A stretch of 37,563 bases of DNA from Chitinivibrionales bacterium (GCA_038247415.1 JBBRUX010000039.1:1-37563), one strand, 5' to 3'; counted from the stretch's first letter, positions 27,313-37,240 are shown. Notes: generated by a model not told the origin, from the sequence alone. Program-made: numbers and translations.

Positions 27313-28188
27313 CTACTGTTTCAAAAGGGAATCTGTCTTGTGTTCTGGCTCCACATGAATTGTTACATATGAACCGGGCAAAGATTTCTTAATGTCATTC
27401 TCGAGCGCATTGCATAAATCGTGTGCCTGCGCAACTGTCGCGTGAGAGACTACCCTAACGTGAAGGTCTATCTCCCGTCGTTCCCCACTTTTGCGTGTGC
27501 GCAATTTATGATGGTTCAGTACACTGGGATGCGATGCAAGAACTGCGTGTATGGTACTAATCTCCTCTTGCGGTAATGCCTTGTCGGCAAGATCACCAAG
27601 CGCTTTGCGGGTGAGGTCGATGGATGCTTTTATAATAAGCCCTGCAACAAGGATTGCAATCACGGGGTCGAGTATGTGCAACCCGGTAATCTTGATGATA
27701 ATAAGTCCAACAACAACACCAAGCGAGGTAAATACATCAACCGATAAATGCATCGCATCGGCTTCTAAGGCAATTGAATTGGTTTTTTTTGCAATAGAAA
27801 AGAGCTTGCGGGAAATGAAAAAGTTTACAAGTGTGGATACGCCCATAACGCCAATACCCCACCCGATTCTTTCTATATCTCCGGGATGCATAAGTTTTTT
27901 AATTGCTTCGTAGAGTATAATGCCCGCAGCTATAAAAATGAGCACTGCTTCAAACGCACCAGAAATATTCTCGTATTTTCCGTGGCCAAATTGGTGGTCG
28001 TTATCAGCGGGCTCGCTGGCTTTTTTAATAGAAATAAAGGCAACACAACTGGCAAGAAGATCGATTGCAGAATGAATGGCTTCGGCGAGAACCGAAACCG
28101 ATCCCATAAGGATTCCGGCAAAAATTTTGAAAATGACGAGGCCAGAATTTGAGAATACAGACAGCAGTGCAGCGTTTTGCTTATTCAT
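27313..28188 (-). CDS. Cation diffusion facilitator metal exporter (FieF/CzcD-like)
   Basis: AEAIHSAID, PADNDHQFGHGKYE, ADAMHLSVD, LRTRKSG, IHVEP; RBS GAGGGAG. Confidence 0.95.
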   Translation of the reverse strand: MNKQNAALLSVFSNSGLVIFKIFAGILMGSVSVLAEAIHSAIDLLASCVAFISIKKASEPADNDHQFGHGKYENISGAFEAVLIFIAAGIILYEAIKKLMHPGDIERIGWGIGVMGVSTLVNFFISRKLFSIAKKTNSIALEADAMHLSVDVFTSLGVVVGLIIIKITGLHILDPVIAILVAGLIIKASIDLTRKALGDLADKALPQEEISTIHAVLASHPSVLNHHKLRTRKSGERREIDLHVRVVSHATVAQAHDLCNALENDIKKSLPGSYVTIHVEPEHKTDSLLKQ

Positions 28189-28267
28189 AAGAACTCCCTC
28201 TCACAATGCATTTTTAGTGTTCGTACAAAATCTGTACAAGCTAATACTAAAACAACTGGTAAGTATA

Positions 28268-28325
28268 GGAAGTCCCGCAGAAAAACTGCTGCCCACAGAG
28301 GGCCCGGCATAAGACCTGATCTTCC
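28268..28325 (-). ncRNA. NiCo (czcD) metal-sensing riboswitch aptamer
   Basis: Minus strand GGAAG-AUCA-GGU(CUUAU)GCC-GG-GCCC(UCUGU)GGGC-A-GCAG(UUUUU)CUGC-GGGA-CUUCC forms a four-way junction with the GAKCAGG..GCCGGGCC..GGCAGCAG..CUGYGGGAC signature, upstream of a CDF gene. Confidence 0.85.
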
Positions 28326-28583
28326 AACGTCTTTAGCAATAAAATAGACAGGGTAGCGGAAAAAGGCAACACAAACCTGCTCTACATCTTTAAAAGCGGA
28401 CACTAAGGCCCCCGAAGTGCCGCACGAATTTCACAATGTACCTAAATTGCTGTTCTTAAAAGCCCCCACTCTATATAATGTAATACACATCTTAGATTCT
28501 GCTTGAATCAAGGTCTTAAAAAGATGTATTTTAAAGGTCTTTTGTTGGGTTATTAATTCCATCTTTTACAGGAGTTTTCTTAT

Positions 28584-31500
28584 ATGGCGACTCGCACAAA
28601 GGTACCGCACGACGGAAATACCGCCTGCGCGCATGTGGCACACGCAACAAACGAAGTGATTGCAATTTATCCAATCACTCCATCCAGCAACCTCGGCGAA
28701 ATAGCAGACGAAAAGTCGGCGCGGGGCGAAAAAAATATCTGGGGAACCGTACCATCGATTTCTGAACTGCAATCTGAAGCAGGAGCCGTTGGCGCTGTTC
28801 ACGGATCACTTTCCGCAGGTGCTTTAACTACTACGTTTACAGCATCTCAGGGATTGTTGCTCATGATCCCCAACATGTATAAGCTCGCGGGCGAATTGCT
28901 TCCAACCGTTTTCCATGTTACTGCTCGTGCAATTGCAGCACAAGGGTTATCGATTTTTGGTGATCATAGCGACGTGATGGCTGTTCGACAAACTGGTTTT
29001 GGAATGCTCGCTTCAAATAATGTTCAAGAAGCAATGGATATGGCGCTTATCTGTCAGGCCGCAGCGCTTGAAGGCCGCATTCCTCTTGTTCATTTCTACG
29101 ATGGTTTCAGAACATCACACGAAATTCAGAAAATCGAAGAACTCACGTTCGACGATATGCGCCACATGATCGATGACAGTAAAGTGCAGGCTTTCCGCGC
29201 ACGTTCTATGTCTCCCGATCATCCTATTTTACGCGGTACAGCTCAAAACCCCGACGTGTACTTCCAAGGTCGCGAAACTGTTAATAAGTATTATATCGCG
29301 CTTCCTGCTATTATCCAGGGTCAGATGGACAAGTTCGCAAAACTTACCGGACGTCAATATAATCTGTACGAATACGTTGGTCCTGCCGATGCCGACCGTA
29401 TTATTGTTATTATGTGCTCGGGCGGAGAAACAGCGCACGAAACAGCAGAGTATCTTAATAGCAAGGGCGAAAAAGTTGGCGTGCTTAAGGTTCGCATGTT
29501 CCGCCCCTTCAATGCAGAGCTTTTTGTTGCAGCGATTCCTGCATCCGTCAAATCTATTGCAGTGCTCGACCGTACCAAAGAACCCGGCTCTATGGGTGAG
29601 CCCCTGTATGAAGATGTTCGTACTGCAATTGGCGAGGCAATGGAACAGGGGTATGGTCATTTTACCAAGTGGCCACGGGTTATTGGCGGTCGTTTTGGCC
29701 TTGGTTTGGCAGAGTTTACACCTGCAATGGTAAAAGCAGTATACGACGAACTCAAGAAAGATAAGCCAAAGAACCATTTTAGCCTTGGTATCAACGACGA
29801 TGTGTGCTTTACATCACTGGATTTCGATAAGAGTTTCAGCATCGAAGGTGACGATGTCAAGCGCGCCATGTTTTATGGCTTGGGTGCCGATGGTACTGTT
29901 TCGGCAAATAAGAACAGCATTAAGATTATTTCCGACGAAACAGAAAATTTTACACAAGGTTATTTTGTGTACGATTCCAAGAAGTCGGGAGCCATAACGG
30001 TGTCTCATCTCCGTTTTGGTGTTAATCCTATTCGTAAACCTTACCTTATCACAAGTGCAAACTTCATTGCCTGTCATAATTATTCGTTCATCGAAAAGTA
30101 CGATATGATCGGCAATCTGGTTTCCGGTGGTACATTCCTTCTTAATACAGAATACGCAGCAGATGCCGTGTGGGCTCATTTGCCCGGACGCGTGCAAAAA
30201 CAAATTGTAGATAAAAAAGTCAAGTTTTATGTGATCGATGCGCTCAAGATTGCTCATCAGCTTGGGCTTGGTGGTCGTATCAATGTGATTATGCAAACAT
30301 CGTTCTTTGTCATTTCTAAGGTTATCGACGACGATCTCGCAATTAAGTCAATTAAATATGCCACACAAAAGACCTACGGCAAAAAAGGTGAGACTATTGT
30401 CAAGATGAACATGGATGCTATCGACCAGGCTATTTCGTCAACGCACGAAGTTACGTATGGCGCGGTAACAAATCCTATTGCAGCAATTAAGGCTGTTCCC
30501 GATGAATCACCCGATTTTGTCAAAAATGTTACTGCTAAAATGATGAAACAAGAAGGTGCTGATATTCCTGTGTCTGCAATGCCCGACGATGGTACCTGGC
30601 CTACGGCAACATCGCAGTGGGAACGTCGCAATATCGCGGTCGAAATTCCTTTGTGGAAACCAGAAGTCTGCGTGCAATGTTTACGCTGTTCGCTTGTGTG
30701 TCCTCATGCAACCATTCGTGGAAAAATTTACGATGCGTCATTGCTTGCAAAAGCTCCTGCAACATTCAAAAGCGTCGATGCTAAGGGTAAAGATCTTGCA
30801 GGCAAAAAATATACGCTTCAGGTTGCACCAGAAGACTGTACCGGTTGCGGTTTGTGCGTAGAAAATTGCCCTGCAAAGGCTAAAGAGGCCATTTCCATGA
30901 AGCCTCAGGCCCCGCTTCGCGCCGATGAAGCTACAAACTGGGAGTTCTTTAAATCATTGCCAGAAACTGCAACAAGCATAATCGATTTGTCAACAGTTAA
31001 GGGAAGTCAGCTTGTTCGTCCTCTGTTTGAGTTCTCTGGTGCGTGCTCTGGTTGTGGCGAAACACCGTATATCAAGCTTGTTTCTCAGTTGTTTGGCGAA
31101 CGTGCACTTATTTCTAATGCAACGGGGTGTTCCTCTATTTATGGCGGAAACCTGCCTACCACACCGTATGCAAAACGCGACGATGGCCGCGGCCCAAGCT
31201 GGATCAACTCTCTGTTCGAAGACAATGCAGAGTGTGCTTTTGGTTTACGTCTTGCGGCTGATAACTTTAAAGTTATTGCAACAAAACTTGCCACCGAAAT
31301 GCTCGCCGATGGAACAGATCTCGATGCAGCCGGTAAAACCCTGTTGGGCGAAGCCTTGGCAGCAACGCAAGTTACCCGCGACGAAATCGAAGTTGTCCGC
31401 CAGAAAATAGATGCCGTAAAAGTCCAACTTGTTAAGAGTTCAAGCGATAAAGCTAAAGCACTTGCCAGCACAATCGATTATCTTGTCAAGAAATCGGTAT

Positions 31501-32144
31501 GGGGTTTTGGTGGCGATGGCTGGGCATACGATATCGGTTTTGGTGGACTTGATCATGTTATTGCCTCGGGAAAAAATGTTAATCTTTTGGTGCTGGATAC
31601 CGAAGTGTACTCAAATACCGGTGGTCAGGCTTCTAAGTCTACTCCTATGGGTGCCGTCGCCAAATTTGCCGCTGGTGGAAAGCCAATGGGCAAAAAAGAT
31701 ATGGGTATGATTGCCATGAGCTACGGCTACGTATACGTTGCAAAAATTGCAATGCTTGCAAACCCAGCACAGGCAGTTAAGGCTCTTCTCGAAGCAGAGG
31801 CCTACGATGGTCCTTCGCTTATCCTTGCCTACTCGCATTGTATTATGCATGGTATCGACATGGAAAAAGGCGCGGACGCTCAGAAGAAGGCTGTCGAATC
31901 GGGTCACTGGCCACTGTATCGGTATAACCCAACGCTTACAACACAGGGCAAAAATCCGCTTACATTAGATAGCCAAGAGCCTAAAATCAGCTTGTCTGAG
32001 TATGTTCTTGCAGAAAATCGATATCAGATTCTTAATCGTTCTCAGCCCGAAGTTTCTTCACGACTCATCGAGGCTTCTCAGAAAATCGTAACATCACGTT
32101 TCGATCTTCTTAAAAAGCTTGCAGAAAGCCAAGTGCAGAAATAA
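28584..32144 (+). CDS. nifJ: Pyruvate:ferredoxin (flavodoxin) oxidoreductase
   Basis: YPITP, QSEAGA, two 4Fe-4S motifs (CVQCLRCSLVCP, CTGCGLCVENCP), ACSGCGETPY, GGDGWAYDIG..DTEVYSNTGGQ. Confidence 0.98.
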   Translation: MATRTKVPHDGNTACAHVAHATNEVIAIYPITPSSNLGEIADEKSARGEKNIWGTVPSISELQSEAGAVGAVHGSLSAGALTTTFTASQGLLLMIPNMYKLAGELLPTVFHVTARAIAAQGLSIFGDHSDVMAVRQTGFGMLASNNVQEAMDMALICQAAALEGRIPLVHFYDGFRTSHEIQKIEELTFDDMRHMIDDSKVQAFRARSMSPDHPILRGTAQNPDVYFQGRETVNKYYIALPAIIQGQMDKFAKLTGRQYNLYEYVGPADADRIIVIMCSGGETAHETAEYLNSKGEKVGVLKVRMFRPFNAELFVAAIPASVKSIAVLDRTKEPGSMGEPLYEDVRTAIGEAMEQGYGHFTKWPRVIGGRFGLGLAEFTPAMVKAVYDELKKDKPKNHFSLGINDDVCFTSLDFDKSFSIEGDDVKRAMFYGLGADGTVSANKNSIKIISDETENFTQGYFVYDSKKSGAITVSHLRFGVNPIRKPYLITSANFIACHNYSFIEKYDMIGNLVSGGTFLLNTEYAADAVWAHLPGRVQKQIVDKKVKFYVIDALKIAHQLGLGGRINVIMQTSFFVISKVIDDDLAIKSIKYATQKTYGKKGETIVKMNMDAIDQAISSTHEVTYGAVTNPIAAIKAVPDESPDFVKNVTAKMMKQEGADIPVSAMPDDGTWPTATSQWERRNIAVEIPLWKPEVCVQCLRCSLVCPHATIRGKIYDASLLAKAPATFKSVDAKGKDLAGKKYTLQVAPEDCTGCGLCVENCPAKAKEAISMKPQAPLRADEATNWEFFKSLPETATSIIDLSTVKGSQLVRPLFEFSGACSGCGETPYIKLVSQLFGERALISNATGCSSIYGGNLPTTPYAKRDDGRGPSWINSLFEDNAECAFGLRLAADNFKVIATKLATEMLADGTDLDAAGKTLLGEALAATQVTRDEIEVVRQKIDAVKVQLVKSSSDKAKALASTIDYLVKKSVWGFGGDGWAYDIGFGGLDHVIASGKNVNLLVLDTEVYSNTGGQASKSTPMGAVAKFAAGGKPMGKKDMGMIAMSYGYVYVAKIAMLANPAQAVKALLEAEAYDGPSLILAYSHCIMHGIDMEKGADAQKKAVESGHWPLYRYNPTLTTQGKNPLTLDSQEPKISLSEYVLAENRYQILNRSQPEVSSRLIEASQKIVTSRFDLLKKLAESQVQK

Positions 32145-32164
32145 AAGCCAGAGCGTAGATCAAT

Positions 32165-32203
32165 AAAAAGCCCCCTCGTTGCAGTGCAACTGGGGGCTTT
32201 TTT
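32165..32203 (+). terminator. Intrinsic terminator after nifJ
   Basis: AAAAAGCCCCC-TCGTTGCAGTGCAACT-GGGGGC-TTTTTT. Confidence 0.9.
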
Positions 32204-32382
32204 GTTCTCAAGGCAGATTCAAGTGAATTCAACAGAATACGCTATCTGTTGCCATTTTAAAAAGTTCTTACTATTTTAGAAAAAACCCGCAATTATTATA
32301 TATACTATATTTAGAGATACGCTATATTAAGCGATTAATAAAAACTTTAGAGCTATTAAACACTAACACAGGGAGCTTTGAT

Positions 32383-35300
32383 ATGAGAAATTTCTCATCT
32401 GCTCAAAAAATGATCGGCGCGTTTTTTGCCGTCATTATGACATTGGCAATGTGTGCGCAGGCGGCAGTGACCGTAAGGGTAGATAATGATTATGAGGATA
32501 GCGTGCGGATTGTGGTGTTGTATAATCCAGCAATTGGTGTTTGTAGTAACCTACCCGATGTTGGCGTACAGACTAAAGATTTTGTCATTAATACGCTTGC
32601 GGGGATCAATCCGAACAAAGGTGTAATACAAAGACTGATGTATCGTGCATCACGTGCTGATGATGCTGCCGGTTGGCAAATGCCTACTTCGGCTACTGGA
32701 TTTGTCACCGTCGATTCTATAGTCAGATATTTTTCAACAATGACCGGGACTGCTGTTAAAGATACCCTGTTACCACATGTTATTGTTCATATAAATGCTG
32801 GATGGGGAGGAAAAAATGGAACACAATGGGCAGCTATACAAGACTGGGCATTAAAAAATTATGTTGGCATTGTGGAGGTTGGTGATGATGCATCCGATGG
32901 TGCTAAAATATTCGGTTTTAATACTGTTGATAACGTGCCTGCCCCCATGGGGCCAGCTCAGTGGCTTACCTCTCCTAACGACAAATTGTACACAGTTCTT
33001 GATAACTCAAAAGATAAGTTGGTGGATGCAACTAAACCCCCTCATTTAAAGGGAATTGTTACTAATGCAAAACAAGTGGCGAATAGCGATACGCTTTTCT
33101 TTAAGCCCTATTCGACTGCTGGAACAGACGTCCGATGCGAAGCAGATGCCGACGCCTATACTATTGCAAGTGCTGCGCAAGCTGCTAAAATAACCTTTTT
33201 GGGATATCAACAAGCATATAATAGTACGGTTAAAGATGGATATGGGCAAAATGGTGTTCCTGTAGGAACCGTGGATTCAAAAGCTCCGGGTATTCCCCAT
33301 TGGTATACTATCGCAGCATTGCAAGATACGCTTGCTTTGCCAACAGGTATTACCATTCGTAGGGCTGTGTCGCTTTCTATGCAGCCACAATTTCTCAAGA
33401 ATACTCTTGCAAGCGAGCAATTAACGTATGATGCCATTATCTTCGCATCCCTTGCTTTTTCCACGCGACCAATTCCTATTTCCATTCAGCTTGATGCCAA
33501 CAGCATTAAAGCTGGAGAATTTACAAAAGGAACAGTAATTATCTCCAGTACCGATTATACCGACGCTCAAAAAGTGCAAATTGCAGCAACCGCGGTATGG
33601 TCATTAGATCCCGATAATAACATTACTAAACCAGGCGATTCGCTTACTGCAAAAACAGGCGCAACAACTAATATTACTGGTACAAAGGCCTTCCGATCAA
33701 TACGCGTTCATGTGTCGGTCGATGATCCTACATTTACCGGTGTTAAGGCAACAGCCGTTAAAGATTTGTATGTAAACGCCGGACCGGAGTATGCTATTTA
33801 TATAGAAAAATCAAATAATTCAACCCGCTTGACTCCAGCCCAGGTAATGCCGCTTTCAAATTATGCAGATTCGACTACCGCCAAACCGCTTGCTACCATT
33901 ACCATGGGGAGTACCGATAACACATCGTATGGGTATTCTTATGTTCGTGATAAATTTGGCAATATTATACGTATTGCAACAAATGCAACATGGGAGCTTG
34001 TGCCAACCACTCCTGTTGGTGGAGTTACAGTAGTTGCAGCTGCAACTAAAAATGAGGGTATTATTTCTCGCGGCGCAAATACTAATCTTGCAAAAATCAG
34101 GGCTTTTGAACAAGGCACAACGCTCATTCCCGATACTGTAGATGTTAAACAAATTTCGGGAAATATTGTTGGTGTTCGACTTGTTGATGGAGCTGGGACC
34201 GTGTTCCCGTTGGAATCTGTTACACTGAATACCAATGAATCTCAAGATTTTAAAGTACAACTTCAATGGTCTACCGACGCCACAAGATGGGTAGACGGTT
34301 CTGGTACGCTCTATTTTACAAATCCGGGTGTACGTCCAGAGCCGCCAACAGGAAGTACCAGTACCTGGAAATTTGAGCCAACCGTGGCTGGGGTTACGAA
34401 CCTGGTTGTTGAGGCTGGTGCTGTTGGGAATATCAAAAGTGATACGATAACCATTTCTGTTACCGTTGGCCCTCCAGTTAGAGTCACGTTTGTTCTTATC
34501 GATAAAGCTCCTATTGCCGGCCTGAAATTTACGGCTCGCGTAACAATCTATAACGACGACGGCGTAGTTCCAGGAAATTATTGCTTTGATGCAAACAATG
34601 GTAACGGTTCATTTTCGGATATCGTTGGAATAAGCGGGACTCCGCTTCCAAGGGTATTTAGTACCTCAAATCTAATAGACTCTGCTAATCTTAATGCTAG
34701 TGGTGTAACTACCAATAAAATTAAAACCTGCTTTGCAGAGGGTAATGCCGATATGCAATTCAGACTTTTTAAACCTGCATCAGAGCTGGTTGCCGATTTT
34801 CATAAATTGACAGTGTCCCTTGGCTCTGCTGCACCACTTGTTGCGTCGACTGAGACGTTTGTGCTTAAAGCCGGTGCAGTATCTAGAATTGAGATTATCG
34901 ATAACACAACTGGTTTGCCAGTAGAGCCATCGATCTCCTTACAAGCACCGAGCGGCGTTTTGGATGCCAAGATTCGTGGCTACGATGCCTGGGGAAATGT
35001 TATCCCTGTGACAACTCAGGTGAGTGGTGCGTGGACTAAGATTAGTGGTACCATGGGCTTTAACAGTGTAACCACGGGCAATCTTCGGTATGGTACCGAT
35101 ACTGTTACAGCCAACGGGAATGTATGTATTCAGGTGTCGGCAACAGAAAATCCTGCTGCAAAAGATTCGGTGTGTATTTCGGTTCGATCGGCTCCTGCTT
35201 TATATGTTGCGACAACAAAGGATTATAATGGGAATGGGTACCTCGATCATATCGAATTGACTTTTAATAAAGTTGTTGACCTTACATCACTTAAAGCTGC

Positions 35301-36402
35301 AACAATCAGCGTTGTACGAAATGGATCTGGTTCCGATATTACTACATTTACGGTAGACTCTTTGATAGCACTTGGCAATGATGGAAAAACGTTTCAAATA
35401 ACTTTAAAAGAAACGGCCACTCCCAAAACTGCTACGAATGGGCAAACTGGTTGGACGCCCGATGTTACCATCACCGGATATGAAGAAGTTAGCTCTTCGT
35501 TAGCACGCGCAAAAGATGGTGCGCCTGTCGTTGTGTGGCTTGTGCAAAACAAAGTAGATCCTAAAAAGCCCGATCATACGAATGATGAAGTATCGGTTAT
35601 ATTTAGTGAACCGCTCAAGGATGTTCTGGGAAATAGCACCAGCGAGAATCCTAATGTTGTGCTTGATGTTTGGAAGGGTGAGAGCAAGCCCTATGTGGAT
35701 GCAGATTCAATGCTGTTGCAAGCAGGCAATCCACCGCAAACGCCAGTGTTCATCACTTCGCTAACAAATGCGAACACGGCGGTTTTTAGGACTGTTAATG
35801 GCAAGTATCTTGATGCGAGCTATCTGATCAGCCTTAAGGTCACCGGCACCCCTGCTTTAAATGATGCTCCGGATAATCAGGTGGTTGTGAATAATGAGCC
35901 TGTACGCGTGCAGATTCTGGGTGTTGTAACAGATGTAAAGAGCGCGCCAAATCCTATGACGCCAAATGTTAATCTGCCAAATAATCCAGGGCATCCGATT
36001 TCGGATAATAATTTACTGGTTTATGTTGATCCTAAACTTGTTTTGAATGCTGCTCAGAAATCGAGTATTTCAGCAACTGTTATTACCATTCAAATGCCTA
36101 CTTTTAAACCTGGCACAATGCCGGATTTGAGAGGTACCTATTGCGTTTATGATATGGCTGGCAATTTGGTACATAAGCGTGAAGCAAAAGAGAGCGTTTT
36201 TAATCCTGACTGGCTTACATCCACAAAACAGTCACAGCAATTTGCAGTTGGCTGGAATGGAATGAATGACAAAGGTGTTAGGGCTGCTCCTGGCGCATAT
36301 CGATTGGTTTTGAGAATGGTATTGAAGTATGCTGATTCAGCCGATGGTATGGATAGAACCAAGCCAATCGAAGTTAACACTATTCAGGGTGTTAGTCGAT
36401 AA
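32383..36402 (+). CDS. 1339-aa secreted multi-Ig surface/adhesin-like protein with a FlgD-Ig-like C-terminal domain
   Basis: Signal peptide ending AQA; T/V/G-rich beta modules (RDKFGN, YDAWGN); DYNGNGYLD Ca-loop; APNP..YDMAGNLV..WNGMNDKG..APGAY. Confidence 0.8.
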   Translation: MRNFSSAQKMIGAFFAVIMTLAMCAQAAVTVRVDNDYEDSVRIVVLYNPAIGVCSNLPDVGVQTKDFVINTLAGINPNKGVIQRLMYRASRADDAAGWQMPTSATGFVTVDSIVRYFSTMTGTAVKDTLLPHVIVHINAGWGGKNGTQWAAIQDWALKNYVGIVEVGDDASDGAKIFGFNTVDNVPAPMGPAQWLTSPNDKLYTVLDNSKDKLVDATKPPHLKGIVTNAKQVANSDTLFFKPYSTAGTDVRCEADADAYTIASAAQAAKITFLGYQQAYNSTVKDGYGQNGVPVGTVDSKAPGIPHWYTIAALQDTLALPTGITIRRAVSLSMQPQFLKNTLASEQLTYDAIIFASLAFSTRPIPISIQLDANSIKAGEFTKGTVIISSTDYTDAQKVQIAATAVWSLDPDNNITKPGDSLTAKTGATTNITGTKAFRSIRVHVSVDDPTFTGVKATAVKDLYVNAGPEYAIYIEKSNNSTRLTPAQVMPLSNYADSTTAKPLATITMGSTDNTSYGYSYVRDKFGNIIRIATNATWELVPTTPVGGVTVVAAATKNEGIISRGANTNLAKIRAFEQGTTLIPDTVDVKQISGNIVGVRLVDGAGTVFPLESVTLNTNESQDFKVQLQWSTDATRWVDGSGTLYFTNPGVRPEPPTGSTSTWKFEPTVAGVTNLVVEAGAVGNIKSDTITISVTVGPPVRVTFVLIDKAPIAGLKFTARVTIYNDDGVVPGNYCFDANNGNGSFSDIVGISGTPLPRVFSTSNLIDSANLNASGVTTNKIKTCFAEGNADMQFRLFKPASELVADFHKLTVSLGSAAPLVASTETFVLKAGAVSRIEIIDNTTGLPVEPSISLQAPSGVLDAKIRGYDAWGNVIPVTTQVSGAWTKISGTMGFNSVTTGNLRYGTDTVTANGNVCIQVSATENPAAKDSVCISVRSAPALYVATTKDYNGNGYLDHIELTFNKVVDLTSLKAATISVVRNGSGSDITTFTVDSLIALGNDGKTFQITLKETATPKTATNGQTGWTPDVTITGYEEVSSSLARAKDGAPVVVWLVQNKVDPKKPDHTNDEVSVIFSEPLKDVLGNSTSENPNVVLDVWKGESKPYVDADSMLLQAGNPPQTPVFITSLTNANTAVFRTVNGKYLDASYLISLKVTGTPALNDAPDNQVVVNNEPVRVQILGVVTDVKSAPNPMTPNVNLPNNPGHPISDNNLLVYVDPKLVLNAAQKSSISATVITIQMPTFKPGTMPDLRGTYCVYDMAGNLVHKREAKESVFNPDWLTSTKQSQQFAVGWNGMNDKGVRAAPGAYRLVLRMVLKYADSADGMDRTKPIEVNTIQGVSR

Positions 36403-36436
36403 CGTGTAGTCTGGTTTGACACTTTTGAGTTGATAC

Positions 36437-36473
36437 AATGGCTGTTGCAGAAATCTGCAACGGCCATTTTTTT
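36437..36473 (+). terminator. Intrinsic terminator
   Basis: AATGGCTGTTGCAGA-AA-TCTGCAACGGCCATT-TTTTT. Confidence 0.85.
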
Positions 36474-36520
36474 AGGATTCCCTCCAGAGCAAGCTCATAT
36501 ACTGTGTGCAAGGATTAAAA

Positions 36521-37240
36521 ATGGGCAAAGAAACCAATGTATTACAAGCACTCAAAGAAGATCTTCTGCGGCTAAGTGCGCCTCGTAAAGCAGAAATAGC
36601 TGCGCGATTTTTTAAGTCGGGCCCAAATCAGTACGGTGCAGGGGATGTCTTTCTGGGTATTACTGTTCCAGAGCAACGTGCTGTATCTAAGCGGTATTAT
36701 GTATCAGTAACACTTGCTGATACTATGCAGCTCTTGCGGAGTGAGTATCATGAGTTTCGACTTACCGCGCTCTTAATTCTTGTGTGTAAATATGAAAAAG
36801 CCAAGGATGAGAATACGTGCAAGGAGATTGCAATGCTCTATTGTACTCATACAAAATATATTAACAATTGGGATTTGGTTGACCTTTCTGCCTATAAAAT
36901 TCTAGGCCCCTATTTGTTTGATAAAAACCGCTCGGTGCTCTATGATTTTGCCCACTCTGGCAATTTGTGGAAACAGCGTATCGCAATTATCACTACTTTT
37001 AATTTCTTGCGGAAAAAAGATTTTGCCGACACCCTCAAACTTGCCGAGTTTTATTTGAGCCATGATCATGACCTTATTCATAAAGCATCTGGCTGGATGG
37101 TTCGTGAAATAGGTAAGCGCGATTATGAAGTGGCGTATGAATTTGTTAAGAAGCATCGGTTAAGCATGCCTCGAACAATGCTACGGTATGCGATTGAGAA
37201 GTTTGATGGAGAGGTAAGAAAAGATTTGATGAAGAAATAG
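36521..37240 (+). CDS. DNA alkylation repair protein (AlkD-like HEAT-repeat glycosylase)
   Basis: FFKSGPNQYGAGDVFLGITVP, INNWDLVD, LIHKASGWMVREIGK, MPRTMLRYAIEKF. Confidence 0.9.
   Translation: MGKETNVLQALKEDLLRLSAPRKAEIAARFFKSGPNQYGAGDVFLGITVPEQRAVSKRYYVSVTLADTMQLLRSEYHEFRLTALLILVCKYEKAKDENTCKEIAMLYCTHTKYINNWDLVDLSAYKILGPYLFDKNRSVLYDFAHSGNLWKQRIAIITTFNFLRKKDFADTLKLAEFYLSHDHDLIHKASGWMVREIGKRDYEVAYEFVKKHRLSMPRTMLRYAIEKFDGEVRKDLMKK

Noticed and set aside
28185..28403. 72-aa minus-strand ORF upstream of the CDF gene as a leader peptide
   Set aside because: No recognisable features or clear RBS, and it runs through the riboswitch, which explains the sequence better. Its stop does overlap the CDF start, so it is not fully excluded.
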